From Mobula hypostoma (Eukaryota): a stretch of DNA of 64,000 nt. Below are positions 49,478-63,344 of this stretch, piece after piece. The stretch covers positions 9,178,001 through 9,242,000 of the forward strand of contig NC_086109.1 of the NCBI RefSeq assembly GCF_963921235.1. Reading direction: 5' to 3'. The position numbers were made by a program, and so were the translations under genes. The notes beneath the pieces were generated by a model. It was not told where the DNA came from. It did not search any database and was given only the letters and a program-made list of their open reading frames with translations. How positions within the stretch are numbered: the first letter of the stretch is position 1; every line of letters begins with the position of its first letter.

Positions 49478-51772
49478 AGATAAACCTCTGCCCTCCTTCA
49501 GAATCAGATTATTATCATTGATGTCTATGATGTGTGCATTATGGCAGTACAGTGCAAAGACATAAATTCACTGTAAACTACACAATGAATAGAGTGCAAC
49601 AAGGAATAATAATACTGTTGATAGACCATTCAGACCTCTGATGGTTAAGAGGAAGAACATGTTCCATAATGACTGAGGATGCATCTTCAGGCACCTGTAC
49701 CTCCTCACTGATTGTGTAGTTATGAGAAGATGGCATGTCTTGGATGCAATTGTTACAAATTCCTGCTGCTCGGTCCAGTATTTTTTGCAGAATCCTCTTG
49801 CAAAATGCCCTGCTTGGCCCTTTGAATAAAATCTTTGCTTTAAATGTGCTGTGAAATTGGTTTAAAGTGTTTTATTTATCTCTGAACGCTGGTGCCAGAA
49901 TGTGTGGCAACACTTGGCGGGCTGCCTCCGGCGCACCCCTAGGCGCGTTGGCTGTTAATGCAAATGATGCATTTCACTGTATATTTCAATGTACATGCGA
50001 TAAATAAAAAGTAGCTTTCAGAAGTTGCAGTCAGCTCCTAAAACAGGCAGACAGGGTGGGGGGTGGATTTTGTACTGTGAAGTGAGCCATGCCTTCTTCA
50101 CAGGATCCAAAGCTAACAATGTATTTAACTTAATCCAGAGCCTGGGGCGTGATCCACAAAAATCACAGCTCCACTCCGGGATGTATGGTTCTCTCGAGCC
50201 CAGCTACTTTCCCGACAATGCCATTTCTTTCTGGCTTTTATTCCGAACAAACAACAAGCGGCGCGAGTGAACGATGGGCCGGCATGCTTTCCAAGTTGGA
50301 CCGGCACACTTACAGTGAAACAGGATGGGGTTTGGGTGGGTAGAGAAACAAACTGCCAGCGCTGGGAATCGGCAAAGAAAAACCAGCGAAGATTGGAAAC
50401 ACATTGCAAGCTGTTCTGCATCTCTGGGATACTTCAGCAAGTTATGAAGTTTCAGGCATCTGACTTTCACTGGAATACACAAGGAGCTTAGATCTGGAGT
50501 TCCATTGTCACACCAGTCTTCTTTTTTCACTGGTTTGCCCAGCAGCCTTGGTATGGCATCAGTCCACAAACGATAAACGGGTGTAAAGCCAGAGATTTTT
50601 TCCCAGTGCAGAAAGGGCTAATATGAGGGGACATGATTTTAAGGTGATTGGAGGAAAGTATAGGAAGGGATATCAGGAGGTAATTTTTGTACAATTTTAT
50701 TATTGAAAATAAATTATAACAAAAATGATGGAAGTGGTCCCAGTGTCGCTGAACTCCCGCAAGCTCGGGTGCCCCCTGTGGGAACCGGTGTGCGGACATT
50801 GGCTGGAAATGGGGGAAGAAAGGTTTATCCTTGGTAGCTTGTGCTAAGCCTGCAAAATACCAGTACCTACATTGCGTAAATGGTTTCCGACATCTGGGTT
50901 TGATCACCTTCAGTGGAGGGAACTCTGTAAGAGGATTGCAATGCTGAAGTAATCAAGGGTAAACTTCTGGTCTGATCTCGCTTGGCTGAAACTCCCTTTA
51001 CAATTGTCAATATTCACCGGCACAAATAGCATGGCTAGAATTAATTGAACTGTACGGACGGTATGCAAGACAAGTTTTCACTGTACCTTTGTACTTGTGA
51101 CAATAATGATATCTGTCACAAGTACTGAGGTATAATAGCAGCAATAAGCTCCTTCCCTGCCACCAGATTTCTGAATGGACAATGAACCACAAACACTTCC
51201 TCAGTACTTTTGTTCTCTTTTGACATTACTCATTGGTTTCTTTACCTATTACGATAATTTATGGCATATTTTGTGCATTGCATTGTACAGCTGCTGCAAA
51301 TCAACAAATTTCCCGACATGAGACGGTGATAATAAACCTGATTCTAATAAGCTGATTTACCACATATGCGACAAAGAATTATAAAATGACAAAGGAGTGC
51401 TGCCAACAGAAAGCAGCATCCATCATCAGGGTACGCTCTCTTCTCGCTGCTACCAGCGAGCAGGGGGTACAGGAGCCTTGGGTACCACACCATCACGTTC
51501 AGGAACAGTTATTACCCAGCATCCGGTGTGGATAACTACCCTCACAACTCGGAACTGATTCCACAACCTACAGACCCACTTTCAAGGACTCTACAACTCC
51601 CGTTCTCACATTTTTTAAAATTTGCAAACGTTTGTTTTACACGTTGGTTGGTTGTCAGTCTTTGTACAGTTTTCCCATAAATTTCTATTGTATTTCTTTA
51701 TTTTCTTGTAAATGCCTACAAGAAAATGAATTTCAAGGTAGTGATTAGTGACATACAGGCACTTTGATAATA

Positions 51773-52519
51773 CAGTCGGCCCTCCTTATCCGCGAGTTCC
51801 ACATGTGCGAATTCAACTAACGCGGCTCGGGAAAACCTCGTAAGTTCTCTCTCCCCAGCACTCGTCGTTCGAGCATTGTTCATCTCACGTCTCATTTGAT
51901 CGCTACTTTGTTTCTGTGAAAAAATGGCTCCTAAAAAGCAATTACGTGGTCAAAGCAATTCCTCGAAGGCTAAGAGGGAGCATAAAGTGCTCTCTCTCGC
52001 CGAGAAATTAGAAATATTAGGTCTTTTGAAGAGTGACATGTCGCGTTCCGAAGTGGGCCGTAAGGTCGGTAAGAACGAATCGAGCATTCGCACAATAAAG
52101 CGGAAAGAAGCTGAAATTCGTGGAAGTGTTAGTGCTAGGGATGGCTGGCTGGCTATGTAAAGTGCTACAGCCTCAAGAACTTAAAGATCACGGGAGAATT
52201 GGGATCGGCTGATGCCGAGGCAGCATCAGTGTTCCCAGAAGAGCTACGATAGTTGCTTCTGTACTGAACATGTACAGACATTTTTCTTGTCATTATTCCC
52301 TAAACAACACAGTACAACTACTTATATAGCATTTACATTGTATTAGGTATTATAAATCAACGGAATAGAAACACTGCGGGCGGCGGGTCCTGTGCTGCCC
52401 TGGGTCCTAAAGTCCACCCGTACTGAGACAGGTTAAATAAGGGACTTGAGCATCTGTGTTTTTCTGCCGGGGGAGGGGTGTCTCGGAACCAATCCCTCGT
52501 GGATAAGGAAGGCCGACTG
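51773..52519 (+). mobile_element. Tigger/pogo deletion derivative inserted in a LINE tail
   Basis: 19-bp TIR CAGTCGGCC(C/T)TCCTTATCC; TA TSDs; ORF 51924-52160 (KVLSLAEKLEILGLLK...SEVGRKVGKNESSIRTI) is a CENP-B-type HTH. Confidence 0.92.
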
Positions 52520-53285
52520 TACATTTAATTTAACTTTGCTGAGGTCACTACTGGGAATCACCAGAAAATGAATATAACATCCAGCGAGGAGATAATACCC
52601 ACAAAAAAAGCTCAGAAGTAAAATTTATTATCAGACTACATACATGTCACCATACATAACCCCGAGATTCTTTTTCCTGCAGGCATACTCAGCAAATTTA
52701 TAGACTAGTAACTGTAAACAGGATCAATGAAAGAGCAAGAGCATAGAAAACAAACTGTGCAGATACAAATATGAATAAATAGCAATAAATAATGACAGCA
52801 TGAAATAACAAGATAAAGATTCCTTAAAGTGAGATGACTGGTTGTGGGAACATCTCAATGGACGGGCAAGTGAGTGTAGTTATCCCTTTTGTTCAAGGGC
52901 CTGATGGTTGAGGGGTGGTAACTGTTCTTGAACCTGGTGGTGCAAGTCCTGAGGCTCCTGTACCTTCTACCTGATGGCAGCAGCTAGAAAAGAGCATGGC
53001 CTGGGTGGTGAAACTCTCTGATGATGGATGCTGCTTTCCTACGACAGCATTTCACATAGATGTGCTCAATGGTTCCCGATAACCGTCACCAATCTTTACA
53101 GATGCACCATAGAAAGTATCTTATCCAGATACACCTCAGCATGGGACGGCAACTCTTCTGCCTGTGACTGCAAGAAGCTGCAGAGAGTTGTGGACACGGT
53201 TTAGCACCTCACGGAAGCCAGCCTCTCCTTCATGCAGAGGTGAGGAACTCCAGATGCTGTAATCCAGAGCAGCGAGCTGCTGGAG

Positions 53286-53365
53286 CAGGAGTTTCCAACT
53301 TGGGGTCCACAGACACCTCGGTTAACAGCAGGGCTCCGTGGCATTAAAAAGGCTAGGAACCCCTG
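53286..53365 (+). mobile_element. Buster-type MITE inside an old Penelope-like terminal fragment
   Basis: CAGGAGTTTCCAAC...GGAACCCCTG; TSD TGCTGGAG / TGCTCGAG. Confidence 0.75.
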
Positions 53366-54233
53366 TGCTCGAGGAACTCAACAAGTCAAACACCATCCAT
53401 GGGAGAAATAAAATAATAGATGTTATACGTTGGAATGTTGCATCAGGACATCCCAAGACTAGATCACCTCATTGGGCTCTTTATGCTTTACCAAGGCCGT
53501 GAAAAGTTAAACAAGTCCCACCCCAGACATTCTCTCTTCTGCTCTCTCCCATCAGGAAGAAGGTACAAAATGGGTGAAAACCTCCACCACTAGTCTCAAG
53601 GATAGCTTCTACCTCGCTGTTAAGAGACTACTAAATAGTCCCCGACTATGGCTAGATGGGCCTTGACATCACGATCAACCTCTTTATGATCTTGCACCTT
53701 ATTGTCTGTCTGCACTGAGCTTTCTCTGTAGCTGATGCACTTTATTCTGCGTTCTGTTACTCTTTTACCTTGTTCTACCTCAGTGCACTGTGTAATGATT
53801 TGATCTGTACGAACAGTATAGAGGACATGCTTTGCACTGCAAATTGATATGTTTCGAGATTTCAATCATTTAATGTCATTTCCGGTACACAAGTGTAAAG
53901 GAGAATGAAACAATTGCTACTCCAGATGTGATGCAGTACAAAAAAAACAGATACAGAACATTAAGTAGAAATACTTAACATAGCTTACATACACAGATTG
54001 ATTAGATGTCCATAAAATGACACTAGCACTCAGAGTGTCTGTACACAAGGTGCCTGACAGGAAATGATAGTGATGATGGGGGTTTGTGGAGGGGTGAGTT
54101 AGTGGGCAGAGGTGTTGATCAACCTTACTGCTCGGGGAAAGAAAGTCTGGTGGTCCTGGTGTGGATGCAACGTAGTCTCCTCCCTGATGGGAGTGGACAA
54201 ACAGTCCACGAGCAAGGAGGGTCGGATGATGTT

Positions 54234-55990
54234 ACCATAAGACATTGGAGCAGAATTAGGCCATTCAGCCCATCAAGTCTCCTTCGCCATTTCATGATAG
54301 CTGACCCCGGATCCTACTCAACCCCATACACCCTGCCCTCTCGCCATATCCTGTGATGCCCTGACCAATCGGGAATCTATCAACTTCCGCTTTGAATATA
54401 CCCACGGACTTGGCCTCCACCGCAGTCTGCGGCAGAGCGTTTCTGGATACCCCCAGCAGAGGCAACATCCTCTCCACATCCATCATAGACTTTTCAACAG
54501 TTGGTAGGTTTCAATGAGATCCCCACACATTCTAAATTCCAGCGAGTATAGGCCCAAAGCTGCCAAATGCTCCTCATATGTTAACCCCTTCATTCCCAGA
54601 ATCATCCTCATGAATCTCCTCTGGACTCTCTCCAATGACAACTCCTCCTCTGACATAAGGGCCCAAAATGGTTGACAATACTCTAAGTGCATCTTACGAG
54701 GGGTTATTGATAAGTTCGTGGCCTAAGAGAGAAGGAGTCAATTTTTAAAAACCTAGCACATTTATTTTTTCAACATACTCCCTTCCTGCATTTACACACT
54801 TAGTCCAGCGGTCGTGGAGCATACGGATCTTGGACCTCCAGAAATCCACAAAGAAATGGACATCCACTGCCTCTCCTTTGTCCACCCTGCTTGCTACTTC
54901 CTCGAAGAATTCTAACAGATTTATCAGGCAAGATTTCCCTTTACAGAAATCATACTGACTTTGACTTATTTTATTATTAGTCTCCAAGTACCCTGAAACC
55001 TCACTCTTGATAATAGACTCCAACACTTTCCCAACCACTGAGGTTAGGCTAACTGTCTCCCTCCCTTCTTAAAGAGTGGAGTGACAATTGTAATCTTCCA
55101 GTACTTCGGGACCATGTCAGAATCAAGTAATGCTTGAAAGATCATGACCAATGCATCCGTTGTCTCCTCAGCAACCTTTCTCAGGACCCTGAGATGTAGT
55201 CCATCCGTTCCAGGTGACTTACCTGCGTTAAGACCTCGAGTTTGCCCAGCACTATTAGTAAAATAATAGTAAAGGCACACACTCGTGCTCCCTGACACTC
55301 ACAGACCTCTGGCATACAGCTAGGGTCTTCCACAGTAAAGAATGAAGCAAAGTATGTATCAAGTTCATCTGCCATTTCTTTGTCCCCCGTTACTACCTCA
55401 CCAGCATCATTTTCCAGTGGTCCAATATCAACTCTCACCTCTCTTTTATTCTTTATGTAACTGAAAAAAAAAACTTCAGTATCCTGCTATATTATCAGCT
55501 GGTTTGCCCTCATATTTCATCTTTTTAATTTCTTATAGCTTTTTTTTAAAAAAAAAGTTGCCTCTTGTTGAATTTTAAAAGCTTCCCAATCACTTTTGCT
55601 GTCTTATGTGACCTTTCCTTGGCCTTTATGCAGTCCTTAACTTCCCTTGTCAGCCACGGTTGCCTATCCCTGCTGTTTGAGAACTACTTCTTCTGTGGGA
55701 CATATCTATCCTGTGCCTTGTGAACTATTCTCAGAAACTTCAGCCTCCTCTGTTCTGCCATCATCCCGGCCAGTATCTCTCTCCAATTCACCTGGGCAAG
55801 CTCCTCTCTCATGCCTCTGTAATTCCCTTTATTCCGCTACGATACAGATACATGTGACTTCTGCTTTTCCCTCTCAAATTGCAGTATGAATTCAATCATT
55901 ATGATCACTGCCTCCTAACAGCTTCTTTACATTCAGCTGACTAATAAGATCTGGGTTATTACATGACAACCAATCTGAGATAGCCTTTAC
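54234..55990 (-). mobile_element. Degenerate CR1 LINE with internal deletions
   Basis: ORFs 55181-55438, 55044-55298, 54745-55038 and 54483-54692 carry CR1 RT motifs. Confidence 0.88.
54697..54847 (-). mobile_element. Mariner transposon 3' end fragment inside CR1
   Basis: TA followed by terminus CGAGGGGTTATTGATAAG; minus-strand peptide DFWRSKIRMLHDRWTKCVNAGREYVEK resembles the mariner transposase C-terminus. Confidence 0.75.
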
Positions 55991-57259
55991 CAGCACCTTT
56001 CTGCAGATACACCCTTGACGACAAATAGGCTGGTGCTAGTGAGGCTTTGGACAGTTAGGACCACTCATTAGATGCTTCCTTACCCACTGTAGTGCAGTTT
56101 CCGTACCGTGCAGTGAAGCAGCATGTGAGAACGCTCTCTACTGCGAATCTGCAGAAGGACTCGAGTACTGATATGCATAGTCCAGCTCTCTCCAGTCTCC
56201 TCAGAAAGTCAAGAAAGCTCACCAGTGCCTTGACTGTGCAGGATGTGTTCTGGGATCATGAGAGGCTGTGTGAGGTGTGTACTCCCAGGAGCTTGAAGCT
56301 GCTCGCAGTTACCACTGCTGTGCGCCAATGTATAGAGAGACGTATGACAATAACAAACCAATTCCAATAACATTCTGGTTCCAAAAAAAAATATAGTGAA
56401 CTCAGTGGGTTATTTGGCATCAGTGGAGGGAAATGAACTGTGAAAGTTTTGTGTTAACTTAATTATTTGTCACACTTAAATTCCTTCTTTGTAAATTAGC
56501 TGAAACATCCCATTTTCTTTCAATGACTTCCTCTGCTTAGAATATTAACAATTAACCCCATGACTGGATCCGAATTAAAAATCAGAGAAGTGGAATTTGC
56601 AAAGCATGTAACCCCCAAATACCTTTGCATTAAAGATAGTTCCACACTGTGATTCACCAGCCATCAATCAGTGTCCTCAGTCTCTGCTAAATTCAGGAAG
56701 CCTGTCAGTGTAAATGCTGCTTTCTGAACATGCCTTAAAGCACCGTATGATTTGTGGCTTTACACTGGCCCATATCATTACTGCAGCCAAGCAACAGCTG
56801 GAAGGAAGCCATTTCCTGACCAGCCCATCACTGCTGACAGAACTCATACCAAAGGACCCCATAACTCTGCAAACGCAGACACTTTAGCCCAGGCTGCCCC
56901 GAATAACAACAGGGGAAAGGTTTGCTCAAAATGACCTGTCAGATTGAATTCCGTTTATATTTCCAATTTCTGCGGGATACCTATGATTTATAACTATTTA
57001 GAGGTTGAAGTTGGATCAGATTCTTTTCTAGCCTGCTTTCTTTAAATACTGGGAGGATGAGGATAAAGCTTACCGACACTGATGTAAAATTCAATATACA
57101 GCAGCGTCAAAAACATAACAGATTCTGCAGACTGCTGGAAGTCCAGCACAACGCACCGCGTGCAAACACACACAACGGTGGAGGAACTCAGCAGGTCAAG
57201 CAGTATAGAGCATGGCTGCAAAGATTTTGTGTGTACGCTGGGCTGCGAAGTTTAACCAG

Positions 57260-57945
57260 AACTTAGCAAGGTGTTGGGGAAGCCACACTCGCATGCAAGT
57301 GGCATTACAAAGAAAGCACAGCAACGTCTCAACTTTCTCAGAGGTTTGCACAGATCCAGCATGTCAGCTAAAACCTTGACAGACTTCAAGAGGTACGCAG
57401 TGGAGAGTACCCTGACTGGTTGCATCACAGCCTCGTATGGGAACACCAATACCTTTGAATGGAAAAGCCTACGAAAAGTAGTAGATACAGCCCAGTGCAT
57501 CACAGGTAAAACCCTCCCCAGCTAAAAGAAGCATTATCACAGGAAAAACAACATCCATCATCAGGGACCCCCACTGCCACCCAAGTCTTCTCACTGTGGC
57601 CATTAGGGAGGTGGTACAGGAACCTCAGGTCACACATCAGGTTCAGGAACTTTTATTACCCAACAACTGTCAGACTCCTGTACCAGTATGGATAACTTCA
57701 CACCTCACTGAACTGACTCCACAACCACGGTCAAGATCTCTACAACCCATGTTCTCAGTATTTATTTAAATGTATTTGCGTAGTTTGTCTTCTTTTGGAC
57801 ACTGGTTGTTTGTCAGACTTTGTGTGCATGTAGTTTTTCATTGATTCCATTTATTTCTTTGTTCTACTGTGAATGCCTGTAAGAAAATGAATCTCAGGGT
57901 TGTATATGGTGACATACATGTACTTTGATAATAAATTTACTTTGA
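57260..57945 (+). mobile_element. Rex/Babar-type LINE 3' fragment
   Basis: ORF 57271-57525 KKAQQRLNFLR...ESTLTGCITASYGN...LRKVVDTAQCITG; same tail as 1-306. Confidence 0.8.
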
Positions 57946-59635
57946 TATCAAGTTAACTTACTTATTCACACAGAAAAGGCCAGCATTTGCTTTCCAACCC
58001 TCACTGCCTCGAAGAAAGTATCATTTGAACCACCGATCTCCTTCTGATAAAGGTGTTTCCGCATTGTTGTTGGGGGAGGGAGATCTGGGAATTAGACCGG
58101 TGACAAGGGGTTCTGATCGGGATGGTGACAACTTGGATGAGATGTTACAGGTCACAGTATTCCCTGGAGACTGATGCCCTTATTGTTTTTAACCTAGTAT
58201 AGGTTGCAGCTTTGGGTGGTGGTTTTGGAGTTGTCTGGGTAAGTACCACAGTGGGTCTAACACACTAATGATAGGGGTAATGAGTGATTCCATCAAGTGG
58301 GATGCTTTGTCCTGGACTTGCCTCTGCAAGTGGAGACAGCTTTGTCACACGCCGGAGTTATGTTTGGAGATGATGGGAAGGTCTTAGACTGTTAGACGGG
58401 TCACTCACCAGAAGAAATCCAACCTCCGACATGCTATTAACATGGCCGGTCCAATAGAGCTTCTGGTCAAAAGTGAAACCCCAGGATGTTGATACTGGGA
58501 GGCCTAATGATGACATCAGTACGGTAGTGCAGCGGTTAGCATCGGACTTTTCAGTGCCACAGACCAGAAGACTGGGGGCAAATTTCCACCACTGTAGGGA
58601 GTTTGTACATTTCTTCAGGGTACCTCAAATCCCTCCCATATTCCAAAAACTTATGGATCAGGGGTTGTAAGTTGTGGGCATGCTACACTGGTGCTGGAAA
58701 CATGGCGGCACTTGCAGGCTGCCCCCAGAACATCCTGGGACCGTGCCAGTCATTGATGCAAAATGTATTTCACTGTATGACAAACTTAGCTTAAATCTAG
58801 AATGTCATGGAGAGTTACTCAAACACTATTGGAGATGCCCTTTACCTGGTTCTTTGGTGGCACGAATGGTGCTTATAGGGCATCAGCTTGAATATTATTT
58901 AGGTCTTAGTGAGGGATCCAATTAGAATGTATACAAGTAAATGTGTGGGGAAACATTTTTCCCCCACTTAGAATAGCAAGCATCTGATGCTGGAAACAGT
59001 ATCAAGCAGAGCTGTCATAGGGGAACTCAAAAGGCACTTGGAGGAAAATAATTTGCAGGTCGAGAGGAAAATTGGTCTACTGAGAGACAGCATGGATTCA
59101 AATGGACTGAATGCCCTCTTAGTCCATAATGATACCCTGATCAAGAGGTTGTGGAGAAGTGTACTCTGCCCAGTCCATCATGAGAAACCAACAATGGTCT
59201 TATTGGCCTTCTCAGACCATAGAACCCAAGAGTAGAATTAGACTATTTGGCCTGAATCAGCTCTGCCAATCTATCATTGGCTGATTTATTATCCCTTTCA
59301 ACTCCATTCACCTGCCTTCTCCCTGTAATCTTTGATGTCCTTACTAATCAAGAACCTCTCATCCTCCACTTTAAATATTCCCAATGACTTGTCATCCACA
59401 GCCTCAGGAGTCTGAGCTGGAGGAGGTACCTCACCTTCAGCCCGAAGTTCCAACTAGGAAGCAGCAGCTGTTTAGGGGATCATGCTACGTATTGACTAGC
59501 TGGTGAATTTCCTGCTTTGCAACAGCAGCTATTGTTCAAAAGTGCAGGCAGACTTCAGGTTATGCAAGGGTTAATGACAACTGTGCGAAGGGAGATTTAT
59601 CCAAAGTCTGAAACATCCATTTTCCTTAGCTTCCC

Positions 59636-60185
59636 ATACCATAAGACATAGAAGAATTTGACCATTCCGCCCAGTGAATCAGCACTACCATTCAATCATG
59701 GCCAATTTATTTTTCATCTCAACCCCAGTCTCCTGCCTTCTCCTCCTAACCACTGATACCCGGACTAATCAAGAACCATCAACCTCTGGTTTCGAATATA
59801 CCCAATGAATTGGACTCCATAGACATCTATAGCAACAAATTCACCACCGTCTGGCTAAAGAAATTCCTCGTCTCTGTTCTAAAGGGATGTCCTTCTACTT
59901 TGAGGCTCTGCCCTGTGGTCCTAGATGTCTCCATTATTGGAAGCATCTTCTCCACATCCCACTCTACCTAACCCTTTCAATATTTGGTGGATTTCAATAG
60001 GATTCCCCCCCCCCCCCAAAATTCTTCTAAACTCCAGCAAGTAAAGGCCCAACCATTTCACTTTCTCCCCGATCCTGAGACATTAACCCTTTTGTTCTCA
60101 AGATCATTGTGAACCTGGTCTGAACCCTCTCCAATGACAACATGTCCTTTCTTAGATAATGAGCCCAAAACTGCACACAATACCA
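59636..60185 (-). mobile_element. CR1 LINE 3' fragment
   Basis: ACCATAAGACATAG tail; collinear with 39818-40380. Confidence 0.7.
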
Positions 60186-60258
60186 TCACTCAGCATACCC
60201 TTGCGATGATTTTTTCCCCACTTCACCCTAACACTGCCCCTCATTGAAACTAAGATAC

Positions 60259-60738
60259 ACACTCAGTAGCCTCGTTAGTAGGTTCCTTAATGGAACTATC
60301 TAATCAGCTGTTCACTCAGTACATAAAAACATGCACAAATGGTCCGGAGGTTCAATTGTTTTTCAGACCAAATATCAGAATGAGGGAAGAAACGTTATCT
60401 AAGTGACTTTGTCCATGGAATGATGGTGGCATTTGGGGTGGTTTGAGCATCTCAAACTGCTGATCTCTTGGGATTTTCAAGCACAACAGTCTCCAGAGTT
60501 TCCAGACAAAACGTCCAGTTGTGTATCAGTTCTGTGGCCAAAATCACATTGTTATTGAGTGAGGCCAGAGGAGGATGACCAGACTGGCTCACATTGACAG
60601 AAAGGTGACAGTAACTCAGATAACCAACAGTGGTGTGCAGAAGAGCGTCTTTGAATGCACAACACGTCAAACATTGAAGTGGATGCAGAAGGTCACACCG
60701 GGTTCCACTCCTGTACCTAATAAAGTGGCCACTGAATG
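60259..60738 (+). mobile_element. Tc1-like deletion derivative
   Basis: CACTCAGTAGCC... / ...AAAGTGGCCACTGAATG-TA termini; peptide RLAHIDRKVTVTQIT...TTRQTLKWM resembles the Tc1 HTH region. Confidence 0.75.
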
Positions 60739-61257
60739 TAAACTGTATCCACTCAAACACTTGATTTCTTTTACCACTTTGAAAAATGCTTTACAAATGA
60801 TTGGGAGAACTTGTGTGGTCAGATTTTCGTGAGTCTGGTGATCAGTAACCCGGGGAACGCCCTGTGCTTCACTGGCTCTGAAATACTTTAGGAAAATTCT
60901 GATGTGCCAAGTACTTCGACGCAGGTGTTTTGCATTTCTTTCTGCATACTCAATTAAGAAGCGACTTTTAAAAATTTATGCTGTAGGTTGTCTGGTCAGG
61001 GAAATAAGTTCCAGAGCCCCGAGGTAATACTGCAGCTCTCCAAAACTCTGGTTAGATCATACTTGGAATATTGTGTTCAGCTCTGGTCACCTCATTATAG
61101 GAAGGATGTGGAGGCTTTAGTGAGGGTGCGGGGAGATTTACCAGCGTGCTGTCTGTCTTAGAGAGCATGTCTTATGAGGATAGGTTGAGAAAGCTAGGAA
61201 GTTTCTCTTTCGAGTGAAGGAGGGTGAGAGGTGACTACAAGATGATAAGAGGCATAG

Positions 61258-62173
61258 TCATAGTCATATGTTATTGATCCCGGGGGAAATTGGTTTTCGT
61301 TACAGTTGCACCATAAATAATAAATAGTAATAGAACCATAAATAGTAATATGTAAATTATGCCAGGAAATTATGAAATAAGTCCAGGACTAGCCTATTGG
61401 CTCAGGGTGTCTGACCTCCAAGGGAGGAGTTGTAAAGTTTGATGGCCACAGGCAGAAATGACTTCCTATGATGCTCTGCGTTGCATCTCGGTGAAATGAG
61501 TCTCTGGCTGAATGTACTCCTGTGCCCACCCAGTACATTATGTAGTGGATGGGAGACATTGACCAAGATGGCATGCAACTTGGACAGCATCCTCTTTTCA
61601 GACACCACCGTCAGAGAGTCCAGTTCCATCCCCACAACATCACTGGCCTTACGAATGAGTTTGTTGATTCTGGTGTCTGCTATCCTCAGCCTGCTGCCCC
61701 AGCACACAACAGCAAACATGATAGCCCTAGCCACCACAGACTCGTAGAACATCCTCAGCATCGTTTGGCAGATGTTAAAGGACCTCAGTCTCCTCAGGAA
61801 ATAGAGAATGCTCTGACCCTTGTTGTAGACAGCCTCAGTGTTCTTTGACCAGTCCAGTTTATTGTCAATTCGTATCCCCAGGTATTTGTAATCCTCCACC
61901 ATGTCCACACTGACCCCCTGGATGGAAACAGGGGTCACCGGTACCTTAGGTCTCCTCAGGTCTACCACCAGCTCCTTAGTCTTTTTCACATTAAGCTGCA
62001 GATAATTCTGCTCACACCATGTGACAAAGTTTCCTACCGTAGCCCTGTACTCAACCTCATCTCCCTTGCTGATGCATCCAACTATGGCAGAGTCATCCGA
62101 AAACTTCTGAAGATGACAAGATTCTGTGCAGTAGTTGAAGTCCGAGGTGTAAATGGTGAAGAGAAAGGGAGAC
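61258..62173 (-). mobile_element. 5'-truncated Rex1/Babar LINE inserted in a + strand CR1 3' fragment (~61005-62530)
   Basis: ORF 61402-62253 LSPFLFTIYTSD...KFSDDSAIVG...LNVKKTKELVVD; (TATGAC)n tail; TSD AAGAGGCATAG at 61247-61257 and 62174-62184. Confidence 0.92.
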
Positions 62174-63281
62174 AAGAGGCATAGATCGAGAGGACAAGCC
62201 GTGACATTCTTCCCCGGATGGAAATAGCAAATAGAAGGCAGCATATGTGGCATATATGGTTATAATTTTAAAGTGATTTGAGGGAAGGGATGTCAGAAGT
62301 ACGGTTTTTCTTTCTTCCATACACAGAGTGGTGGGTGCATAGAACGTGCTACCAGGGGTGGAGAGAGGCAGATACATTTGGCAGGGACATTTAGGAGAAT
62401 CAAAGATAGGCAAAAGAAAAATGGAGAGCTATGTGGGTGGCAAGGGTTAGATTGACCTTAGAGTAGATTAGAAGGTTGGTACAGCATCGTAGGCCGAGGG
62501 TCTGTACTGTGCTGTTATGTTCCACGTTCTGTCTGTCTGGAAACATTGGTGAGCTTTGCCCTGTCTGCGTGATTGCATCGACCAATAACTCAAGAAGTTA
62601 GACCACCTTGGACACAGTCCAGAAAAGTCCCAGCTGAGGGGTGGGATTTTATCCCCTCACTCCCACCCAAATATTCTTGTTAAAAGAAACCTGGTTACAA
62701 TAACCATGGCAAAGCCCCAATTACCCTCAAATATGACCCTCCCATAGATTGGCCCCAGGTTGGTTCTATTTTGTAAGATCCTAGACAGTTAATCACAGAA
62801 TATAACAAATGAGGAATAAAAAAACCATGAACTCACACCCAATTCAGGCTAAACGAGAGTCTACAATAAAAAAAATAAACCACAGAACCCAAGGCTGGAG
62901 AGTAGCTGGGCTGATTAATTGAATCTAAATTAGGTAGAGCTATTTTCAAATGTGGCACTGGAAGAAAATAGAATGTAATTCGTGAATGTTTGCCAGTCCC
63001 CCCCTCCCACTGTTAGAAACCCGAAGCAGTTAAATAGGGTGGGTACCTGGTTATTAACTGGATTTATTCACAGTAAGCAGATGAACAAACTTCACCAAAC
63101 ACATTATATAAGACTGTGATAATAAATGTGATTCATCACCACAGTTTATTGGTCAGCTTTAATTGAATTAGAGAGTCACACAGGATAGAAGCAGGCCCTT
63201 CAGCCCATCTTTTCCATGTTGACCAAGGTGCCGAGCTGAGCTAATCCCATTTGCCCGCACTTGGGCCATTTCCCTCCAAAC

Positions 63282-63344
63282 TAGGGGTTCCAAACTCTTA
63301 CCCATTAACCAAGGGGTCCATTGGCCCCAGGTTGGGAAACCCTG
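63282..63344 (-). mobile_element. Buster-type MITE in a - strand CR1 3'UTR
   Basis: Perfect TSD CTCCAAAC at 63274-63281 and 63345-63352; CAGGGTTTCCCAACC terminus. Confidence 0.8.
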
